64,000 bases of DNA from Octopus vulgaris (Eukaryota), in assembly GCA_951406725.2 (NCBI GenBank), contig OX597831.1:71734001-71798000 (forward strand), in the 5' to 3' direction. The notes under the pieces were generated by a model. That model saw only the letters and a program-made list of their open reading frames with translations, was not told where the DNA came from and searched no databases. The translations under genes were made by a program, and so were the position numbers. Shown piece by piece: positions 53,304 to 64,000 of this stretch; the first letter of the stretch is position 1, and each line of letters opens with the position of its first letter.

Positions 53304-54669
53304 TATGTATGTATGTATGTATGTATGTATGTATGTATGTATGTATGTATGTATGTATGTATGCATGCATGCATGTATGCATGTATGTATTTATGTATGT
53401 ATGTATGTATGTATGTATGCATGCATGCATGTATGCATGTATGTATTTATGTATGTATGTATGTATTTATGTATGTATGTATGTATGTGTGTATGCCCAT
53501 TATATACGCCACAAGGGAAACATGAGTGTATCCTGGATTTTCAGTTGTGTGGTCTAGTTAATTACGTTAATTACGCTGGAGTTTAATTAAATATGTGACC
53601 TAATAGGTGGGCCCATGTTAGGAGTGTTTACGGTGGGTTCCGCCTGTTTATTTGAATTTAATTCTTATATCTTATACATACATACATACATACATACATA
53701 CATACATACATACATACATACATACATACATACATACGTGTGTCTATGTGCAATATGTGTGTGTGAGTGTGCGCGCGCGCGTATATATTTATGGGTGTGG
53801 ACGTGATTGAAAATGATGTAAACCCGAGTTAATAATCTCACTTCATAACCATGACATCTCTCGTTCGATTCCGCTGCATTTCGGGAAAATTACTTTTACC
53901 ATTGCTATAGTTGATTTATACCCTGTGTGCGAGTTTAGGTCAACAAAAACTACGTAGAAGCCTCATAGCTGAACTGAATTTCTAACCGAAAGGGTCAGAG
54001 TTGCCACACATTTTGTTACACCGATTCTGTTGAAAAATGAAGTCGTTAAATATACAGGTGTTTGTGAGATACTCGGCCACTTACAGTAAAAATCAATGAG
54101 CAGAGAGCAGGAAGTTCAGTCGAATAAACAATAGTCGAAACCGATGGAGATCCAAAAGTTTTACTGCTCTTACAACTAATCTGTGTTCTCGTGTTTCGTT
54201 GGTCTTTGAAGTAGGAACAATGGGGGCTATTTACTATAACCAGGTTCCAAAGTAGATAGCAACATTGTCGAGGGGCATTCTCAGACTCTAATCAGTCGGC
54301 CAAAAGCCAATTTAAAGAATATCCACATAAAATGGAATTCACAGATACATTTTAAAATATTCGAAAAGTTTTCTATTTCACGTTTAGTGTGTCTATGTGC
54401 ATGTGTGTCTATGTGCATGTGTGTCTATGTGCATGTGTGTCTATGTGCATGTGTTAGTTAGAATATGTGTATCGTATATAAATTTATATTTATGCATTCG
54501 AATGTATATCTTATATATATATATATATTTATTTATATTTATATACATATATATAATACGAGTATATGTCTGTGTGTTTATATACATACATGCACACATA
54601 TAGGAAATATATATATACATTTATGTATATGTGTTTGTGTGTGTTTATATATGTATATTTATGTACGTA

Positions 54670-54857
<188 letters not shown>

Positions 54858-55163
54858 TGTATGTATATGTATATGTATTAAAGTATTAACTTGAAAGAGA
54901 CAACTTCCAACGTCAATAATACTCCTTATCAAAGCTGACAGATATCTAAACACAGAGGGCATATATAAGCCATTATAAGCAAACGAACACATAGCATATA
55001 CAAAAACATATATATACATATAATAGTGTAATTCCGTACCCAAATCAAAGTCGGATAAGTAAGTGCATAAATGCATACAGATATATTAAGAAGTCTAAGC
55101 TGATGAGATGACAGTTTACAATAATCCAAAAGGGAAGTCCTCAAATGAATCCAAAAAATAGAG

Positions 55164-55249
55164 TCTTACGGCCGTTTCTGGGAATGCGCATAGAAGTGTG
55201 TAGGTAAAACCTTTTGAACTTCAGGAATCCACATTTCCTTCATTAGAGA
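55164..55249 (-). ncRNA. Decayed hammerhead-like motif (G5A) with long stem II loop
   Basis: Minus strand TCT-CTAATGA-A-GGAAATGTG...CGCATTCCC-A-GAA-ACGGCCGT-A-AGA. Confidence 0.5.
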
Positions 55250-55849
55250 ATATGTAGGGACTTGGAATTTTAAAACAAAATCATAAAATTATTCGTAGGA
55301 TTGTAAAAAATATGTTTAAGAATATTCACTAATTATATACAAGTATAAACATTTCATAAACTGTATATAATTACTGTACAAGCAAAGTTGATTTAATGTG
55401 CAAAACAAACATTTGATTACTATAAACAAATGATCTGTTCAGTTTGTTTACCAAGAACTGCAGAATCGTAGACGACAGGATAAGCCACGAGTCCACGATA
55501 TATTCACTACATACATAAATGCATACATACATGCATGCATACATACATACATACATGCTTTCATACATACATGCATACATACGTAGGTACATACATACAT
55601 ATATACATACATACATATTTACAGGTATGCATGTATACATATATACAAGTATGTATGTATACATGCTTATATGCATACATACGTAATTCATACATACATG
55701 CATGCATTCATGCATACATACATAAATACATCCATACATCATTCGAAGCGACAATTTGTGCTTCTATGTGTTAGTATTTTTCTGTGGTTTTTGTCTGTGT
55801 GCTAGTATTCTTACATATTTTTTGTTTCATATATTTTGGGGACACATTC

Positions 55850-56192
55850 GCTGGATTTAGGATTTCATTAGGTTAATTCTGTTCATAAAAATTTCAATTA
55901 GGAGTATTTCTTAAACCGTTGGCTTCACATTCAAAAGCTTAACTGCAATTTAGTCCATGTAACAGGAACTGAGGGGGATATCGTGGAACAGAGAAACTGT
56001 GGATGATACAGATAATTTGACATTATTTTTTATTTCTGTATGCAAAAACATGTCAGATACAGGTATTCTTTTCCTTGGGACAAATTCTTTGTTGACCAGT
56101 GTTATTCTTATCGTAATTTACAAATCCAAACATGAAAACGTTACTGAACTTTGAAGTTTTGGAGTCAGACGCCCCCTTTACAGACACACACA

Positions 56193-56249
<57 letters not shown>

Positions 56250-56812
56250 AAACACACAAACACACACACATACACACACACACACAAACGTACACATAAA
56301 CTTATATATGAATACATACACACACATATGCACTTATATATTAATGATGTACACAAACACATGGCAGGTATACATAATACTGAAATGCACATAAAGTAAA
56401 CACATGCAGACAAATATATTAATATAACAAATTTTAAAAATAATAAAACCGTACAATCAATGAAGAGACAAAAGAAACAGTAAGATGATACATGTTGATT
56501 TTATTAGGTATTTCTGTTTATTTAGAAATCTACAATGAACAGGTCAGACGCTAAATTCTAAATTTCACAGGGCACAACCTTAAAGTTGACACTGCTCTGC
56601 TAAATGCAGAAAATTTCTGTCTTGCTATTGGCTAAAAATATACAGTTGTTTTTTTTTCGATTTTTAAACTTCTGTAACTTTTTTCTCCAATGTTTTTCTC
56701 CATAACATCGTACCTTCAAAGCAATGAGACTGGAAGGCTACATTATTATAGCCGATTTTCAGATTTTTTACTGTCTTTTAAAAAATGCATATTTTGCGAA
56801 TGAAAAAAACTA
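55850..56812 (-). mobile_element. Unclassified about 0.9-kb repeat, copy 2
   Basis: Reverse complement of 18838-19725. Confidence 0.85.
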
Positions 56813-56976
56813 GATTCGCGACGGATAAGTCGCGTATTTGGCGTGGGAGACTATCGAAAATAATAAGGCCACAACTAGCAGCCTTATTAAATAAATGGTT
56901 AATCTTCAGATGAATTAACTGAGGGAGCCGTTTCTTCACGATCGTAGTGATTTTCGACTGAAACTTGAATTTAGCA

Positions 56977-59275
56977 TGCAGAGAGTTACTACAAAAAACA
57001 TGGCTGAACACAAAATCAACAACAACACAATTGAGGAACAGAAAGAAAACAACAGCTCAACAGGTAAACAATTTTTTTCTAGCTGTAGTCATAAGAAGAA
57101 ACCGTAACTACAAAACTCATTTCTCTTGAAGTTATGAATTGAATAATAATCTATTTAACTGCTACGAAAAAGCGAAACAAAACCCCGCTGTTGGCTATAT
57201 GAAACGATTGAAATCATATTGGATCGATCTGCATCCAGAATTCAATGATTTTACTGCGAAGCAACTACACGAACATGCAATATTTGTAGAACATAGAAAG
57301 AAGGTTAGTAACTGTAACTTCATTAATAAATAGAAAATTAACCTTCTTCTTCCCAACTCTATAAACAAAAACGAAAACGTGAATGATATAAGACTACCAT
57401 GTGGTTTCGCAGCTAGTGACATTCCAGTAGATTCTTTAATGCCTGTCAGCTAAACTACCTACATTACTGGCTCAAGTAACTGACCACTGTCCCCCAACTA
57501 CAGCAGACACAACCGCAACAATTATTGTAGTAGTAGTGGTGGTAGTCAGGATTATGTGCCAATGAAATTTTCCGAGAAAAAATAACTCTCGAGGAGAGAG
57601 TATTTTCTACCAAAGTAAGTAAAAAAAAAACCCACCCGATACGGTATTAAATACTGTTAATGAAATTGGTGCTGAGTATTTACAAAAGTGTGATGAACCC
57701 ACATATTGGCAGATTAACGCCTGTCTATATGCTCCGGCTACTACTGTAAAACTGCACATGAATGATATTAAAAAGTAAACATCATGGGTTTTGAAGACAG
57801 AAGAAGATAACTGGTTTACGGAAGACCATCAGTCATGTAATGATGCTTATTGCATGCAAACAAGCAAATCACTATACGTCCCACCAACAGAAAGTAAAGA
57901 AGGAGATAGAAATGATGTCTGGAGGCGGCAAAAAGGGGACACTCATTTGCAAAGTGATTAGCTTCAAGCAGGAGCTAAAAGCTGCCAGTGAGAAACTCCG
58001 ACATCAGAAGAGAATAACCGGGAGAAAAACAATAATCAAAATATTTGCCGCAACCAGGCAGCAGTATACAGAGACATGAGAGGAGGAGCAATAAATATCA
58101 CGGAAGCTCCTTCACGAGAAGACATAGACTCCTTCAAGAGGAAAATCTTGAGTGAAGAGAAAGAATTTAACCAAGATGCTCAGTGGCTGGAAGAAATAAA
58201 TCCGAAAAAGTTACATCCAAGACATACAACATTGATGGTGAAACGTTTGCAACTGTGATCCAGCAACTCCAGAATGGAAAAGCACCTATAAGAGACTTGA
58301 TTGCTGGATACTGGTACGCGAAGCTAACATTCTACCGACCATATCTTATCAATCTGTACCAGCAAGCTTTTATTGGGAACAGTAGCATACTATACTCGTT
58401 AGCTCTGGCAAAGACAAAATTAATCCCTAAATGCAGAACCACCCACATGGCAAAAAACTACTGGCCAATTGTTTGCCAGAACTTAATGTATAAAATATAT
58501 ACATCATGTTTAAACCTCTTGCTCCAGGACCATTGTGAAACCAATAACATTACCACAGCAGAACAAGTAGTTGGAAAGAAGGGAGTCTGGAGATGTGCCA
58601 AGCAATTGTTAATCACCAAAACTGCGATGTCAGAGGTGCGAGAGCTAAGGAGGAACCTAGTTTCAATGTGGCTAGACTACAAGACAGTGTTTGGCTCTGT
58701 ACCCCATTCATGGATGCTAGAAGCCCTTTAAGTTGCTTAAGTTCCAGTGAGAATAGTCAAAGCCATAGCTAATCTGACTTCATTATGGGCCACCATCTTG
58801 AAATTAAACACAAAGAGTGAATGTATTTTCACCGATAGAGTACAGCAAAGGCATATTCCAAGGAGACAGCCTCTCTGTGATGTTATTTATACTTTCTGTA
58901 AACTCCTTGTCATTCATGTTAAGGACGTCTGAAGGATATCTCACTGGTTCACAAGGAAACAGAAATACCAGAATTACACACTGTTTCTTTGTGGATGACT
59001 TAAAAACTTTATGCAAAGAATATGCATGAGATGGAAAAGATCCTTCACCTAGTCACAACATTCTCAAAGAATGTAGGGTTGGAGTTTGATCAGGATAAAT
59101 GTTGTTATATGGCTGTGAAAAGGGGAAAACTATAAACCAGACTAGTAACATCTCCATCAATGATTTAACTGTTTCCCCCGTATTTGACGAGAAATGTAGC
59201 AGGTATCTAGGGGTGGATGAAAATATATCTTATAGTGGCACCTGTAACAAAACAGCTCTGACACCCATTACAATC
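56977..59275 (+). pseudogene. R4/Dong-clade non-LTR retrotransposon, N-terminal and RT region, decayed
   Basis: CYEKAK..P..GYMKRLKSYW N-terminus; NYWPIVCQNLMYKIYTS; WLDYKTVFGSVPHSW; GIFQGDSLS; HCFFVDDLK; RYLGV; many stops and frameshifts. Confidence 0.9.
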
Positions 59276-59423
59276 GATTAACGCCCGCTGCAATTTAAGC
59301 CTCCGTTTTTATACACCCTGTGCCTATTTGTATGTATGTATGTATGTATGTATGTATGTATGTATGTATGTATGTATGTATGTATGTATGTATGTATGCA
59401 TGTATGTCTGTCTCTCCTTCTCT

Positions 59424-59493
<70 letters not shown>

Positions 59494-59521
59494 CATATAT
59501 ATATATGTCTATATCTATATA

Positions 59522-60000
59522 TCTCTTATTATAAAAGGCAGATTTTATCTGCCTCCCTTTGGGAGTTATAGAAATCTACAATATAGGATTTCTTCAATTA
59601 CAATTTACCTGGCATTTTTAAGAGTACAATGCATCGCGTCATGCCAGGTCCAGTTTTTAAAATTTAAACTCCAATTAAGCAAAATTTACAGAAAACTCAC
59701 ATTCTGGTGTGTGTGTCAAATGCTTTTCTTAGTCTGGTTTACACCACACGCAAACGCACACACACAGTGGGCAACGAATAAAATGAAAGTAAATAGCGAC
59801 AGAGTGATTTGAGGAAGACTAAACTGAAAGTATTCTGTCTATGACGCTGATAGATACATGAGTAAAATGTATGGGGAGCTAAGAGCTAAGAGTGAGTGAA
59901 AATGTTCTTGGAACAGAGTAAATAGCGAGAGAGAGAGAGTGATTTGAGGAAGACTTTACATTAAATTACCGTAGTGGCTTGTGTTAGTAATAAAGTAAAC
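59522..60000 (+). mobile_element. Probable Helitron-like element, 5' portion
   Basis: A|TCTCTTATTATAAAAGGCAGA start; internal direct repeat GTAAATAGCGA..AGAGTGATTTGAGGAAGACT; 3' end not identified. Confidence 0.45.
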
Positions 60001-60018
60001 ATACACTCATACATACAT

Positions 60019-60049
<31 letters not shown>

Positions 60050-60191
60050 TACACACACATACATACACACACACATACATACATACACACACACATGCAT
60101 ACATACACACACTGAAAACGCACAATTAACTTTCGATATAATTAGAATAAATTAACCATACCAGAAGAATGAAAAACAAGAACAAGAATAC

Positions 60192-60226
<35 letters not shown>

Positions 60227-60371
60227 ATTCTGAAACGCACGAATAATTCTTTTTAAAATATTTTCCACTATTTTACTCGGAGGAATCTTGGGATTCCTTC
60301 AAGAGAATGAAGTCAAAAATACATACACACACACATACATACACACACACATACATACATACACACATACA

Positions 60372-60403
<32 letters not shown>

Positions 60404-60548
60404 CATACATACATACACACACACACATACACACACACACAGTATTGAAGCTTGAGAACAATCAGATACATTTGCAACACATCTGTTGAAAATATTATTG
60501 TTCACACACATACATATACATATATACATACAGACAGACAGACAGATA

Positions 60549-60582
<34 letters not shown>

Positions 60583-60636
60583 ATCCAGCATGGCCACAAC
60601 CTCAAGGCTGAAACATATAAAAGAATAACAGAATAT

Positions 60637-61000
60637 AAATGTGTGCAAAGTACAAGAAATATTAATGCAGTATATGGGGATTGGACAATAAGCGTAAGGC
60701 AGTGTCAATGGTGGTTCCAGAAATCCCGAGCCATAAACTACAGCCTAGAAGACGAGCCTCATCCTGAAAGATCTGTAGAACTCGACAAGGACATCCTGAA
60801 AACCCTGGTGGAACAAAATCTCATCGTAACTGTTGAGGAACTAGCAGAGAAGCTTGGATTTGGTCATTCAACCATTCATTGAGACCTGTGTGCTATCGGA
60901 AAAGTCAGCAAATTGGGTCAATGGGTTCCTCACGAACTCTCCGAGTTTAATTGCATGCAGAGAGTGAATGTATGCTTTTCTTTGCTGTCACATCTCACCA
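60637..61000 (+). pseudogene. Mariner (Mos1/Hsmar-like) transposase N-terminal fragment
   Basis: RNINAVYG..ISVRQCQWWFQK..SLEDEP; second HTH TVEELAEKLG..STI; GKVSKLGQWVPHEL linker; in-frame stop. Confidence 0.9.
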
Positions 61001-61017
61001 CTACTGCGCTATGTATA

Positions 61018-61664
61018 TCTATATATATAAAACTGTAGTTGTGTGAGTGTCTGTCCCCTTCGATTTAGATTCCTAACTACTCCCACATTTTGCGGTGCAG
61101 TTTAACCAAATTCGGGTAGCTTATAGTCGTGATTCATATCGAGCCCGTCTGAATATTAGCGCGCGTCTACGATGAGTCTACGATGAGTCTACGATTTTAA
61201 AAATAATTTAACATCATTTTTTATTCCATTTTAATGCATAATTTTTCGTGTGTCGATGGCGGCGGAGTTGGCGTCCACGCTCACACCTGCACCTGTGGGG
61301 AAGGGAGTGTAAGGAAATCAACGTCGTAATGCGTTGTCAAGGAGACCAGTGTTCTTTTAGAACAACGACTTCATGGCTTGAAGACACCAAAACAGAAATG
61401 GCTAAGAAAGCGTCTACATGAGTCTACGATTTAAAAAAAATTTACCATCGTTTTTTTTCCATTTTAATGCATTTTTTCGCTATTATATAAGGGAAGTAAC
61501 TCTCTAAAAATGTCTACGATGAGTCAACGATTTTAAAAAAAATTTACCATCATATTTTTTCCATTTTTAATGCATTTTTTGCTATTTTTTGGCTATAACT
61601 CTCTAAAAATGCTTATATAGTTATTTCCCTTACAAACCCGAGCAACGCCGGGCGATACTGCTAG
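61018..61664 (+). mobile_element. Complete non-autonomous Helitron
   Basis: A|TCTATATATATAAAA start; hairpin CCCGAGC-AAC-GCCGGG at 61637-61652; CTAG|T end; three internal about 60-bp repeats. Confidence 0.85.
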
Positions 61665-63289
61665 TATATGTATACATGTATGTAAGCATGCATCTGTCGA
61701 AGTAGTTTGGTATGAGTGTATCTACTTGTATCTACGTTTACCAGCGTACACCTGGTGTCTTATCTAAAATATAACTACTGAGGTCGATATGACACGATAA
61801 AACCTTGACAGAGTGTACATGTATACATACATACATATATACATACATACATACATACATATATACATACATACATACATACATACATACAAAAACATAC
61901 GTATGTACGTGTGTGCGTATACACACACACATACATATATGTAGAGGCACACATATAAGCACGTCTATAATATGAATGAACAAGAACTTACCTTGAAAAT
62001 CTATGTGAGGTCAGTAACTAAATGGAAGGAGTTAATAGAAGGCATGTGTGTAACATAATTAAGGGAAACAGAGTGAGTCATTCGAACCTTGTGCTTTTAA
62101 AGGATGGTTATCCTTTTTAAAGAATGTGTCGCTTTCACATATATATATATATATATATATATATGATCTGTGTGTATGAATGTACGCATAGCGAGAACTA
62201 AAGAACTACGACATATGACTGTTTATATGTGCGCAATCTGTATACGTTTGTGTGCGCATATGTGTGTACATGTGTGTATGTGTGCGTATGTATGTTTACG
62301 CGCGCGTAAGCGTGTGTGTATATTTGTGTCTCTGATGTATTTTAGAATGAAACAAAGCACTTTTTGTTCTAATCATTTTTCATTACACACACGCATATAC
62401 GCTCACATATACACACTCATATGAGTGTGGCCGTATAGCTAGAGTGAGGGATGGATGTATGCATGTATCGTAAATGTGTTTGTTTGGGATCATAATGCTC
62501 AAAGTTCAAATCTAGCTAGGCCCAACTTTCCCTTTAATTTTTTCGGGTTCGGATAAAGCAATCACCAATCCAGGGCGGCAGACTGACAGATATCTGCTCA
62601 GGCTGTTTTCTGGCTGAGTTCTTGAGTAGCATGTCTCAATCAGTCGGCCAGTTTGAAAGCACCATCTGTTAGTTTTAGTACTTGGTGAGCTTATAATATA
62701 GTACATTATGCGTTTTGGGTTAGATGTACGGTCTGTGAATACCTTTTTCTCAATCTCCCATCGACCTTCAGTGGCCATGAAAATAGAAATAGTCAAAGAT
62801 CATACGCTTTCCATTCTGACGGAACGCTAATATATATATATATATATAGTGTAATAAATAAAATATATGCATACATACAAACATATATGTACGTACCTAC
62901 ATCTACATGTATATATACATGCATATATAAATATATATACGTGAGTACAGGACACCACAACTAGACGTAGAACTCAACGAGAAACGAAAACGGAAACACA
63001 AGCATGGAACAAACCATTTTTTTACAACAGAAAAACAGAGTACAAGACAAACTACACATGGAAAAATCCCCTTCATCAGCTGTCTCTAGTTCAACTCTAG
63101 CGTGTTTCGAAGGTAAGACAGAACACGACTCGTAAAAAATAGCCCTTCCTGCGAGAGAATTAAAATAAAATTACTTCGCAGAGGGGTAAAAACAAAGAAA
63201 GAAAAAATGTAACACAAACAGGACGTAAAAACGATACAAATAAAAATACAAAATAAAATACAAGATAAAATCAGAATCTCGCGTTCTTC

Positions 63290-63950
63290 ACAGAGAGCCG
63301 TGGTAGGCCGTCTAGTTACGAAGTAGAGTTCGCTACCATCATCGATCCATCACGCTCCCCAAACATTCGCTCAAAGTGCTGCTGGAAAACCGCGCACATC
63401 TGCTCAGAACCGAGTAATTCACGTCCGTCCAAATCTGTCAAAGACTTCATTGTGGTTTTGTTTCCACATCGCGTCTTTACCGTTCGGGCCCATCGGACGG
63501 CTATAGTTCTTTTGTGTTTTAGCGAAGGGCCTTATCTCTGACAACGCACCCTTCCTACTTCGCCTCAAAGAAATGGTGAAGGACCATTCTCGCCGCTAAC
63601 ACGTCGGTTCGACCCTTTTACTAATAGCCTCTTCTAGTCTGCTAACTAGTTCTCCCTCTAATCTATTTCTTCCTATTTCTAAATCGTTGCTAGACGCTAT
63701 CGATTCTATTCTAATCGCTCTCTTCAGAGCGATCCACTACCGGTTGTTGACTAGTTCGCTAATCCGGTCCCTGTAGTCTTTGTGAGCCGGTAAGGTCGCA
63801 TTCAACTTCCAGTAACCGGGTCCCTGTCTACGGGTCCAATCTAAATCGACTGAGCGTATCACATATTTGTGATCTGTGTAGCTGACCAATTTCAATTGTA
63901 GACAACCTATGCTATCTCTATCATCTGCACTAACAAATATAACGTTTGTA
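63290..63950 (-). pseudogene. L1/Tx1-like LINE ORF2 fragment (end of APE endonuclease and linker)
   Basis: Minus strand IFVS...SYTDHKYV...GPGYWKLNATL...YRDRISELV; stops and frameshifts. Confidence 0.7.
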
Positions 63951-64000
63951 GAAATACATAAATCTGGAGGGGAAACACACTCTAAGATGTAGAGCAGTAA

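Overview
Repeat-saturated, AT-rich eukaryotic non-coding DNA (intergenic or a large intron). The SINE families and dense (CA)n/(TA)n/(TACA)n microsatellites suggest an octopod cephalopod; this is an inference from repeat style, not a database match. No intact protein-coding gene is supportable, and nearly all listed ORFs are microsatellite or SINE read-throughs. Recognisable content: about 35 tRNA-derived SINE copies from 4-5 families; a decayed 5S rRNA copy; a full-length inactivated Tc1 element (probably DD36E type); further Tc1 and mariner fragments; non-autonomous Helitrons; a long-TIR MITE with an 8-bp TSD; and non-LTR relics of R4/Dong, CRE, L1/Tx1 and probably RTE type. The most interesting signal is a set of at least six distinct families of short non-coding elements, mostly embedded in (TA)n tracts, each carrying a minimal type-I hammerhead-ribozyme-like fold with a palindromic stem III (Penelope pLTR/retrozyme style). 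Across families the catalytic 3-8 pair appears as C-G, G-C and probably U-A. One copy is a near-perfect palindrome that encodes the hammerhead on both strands. All folds were derived by eye and activity is untested.
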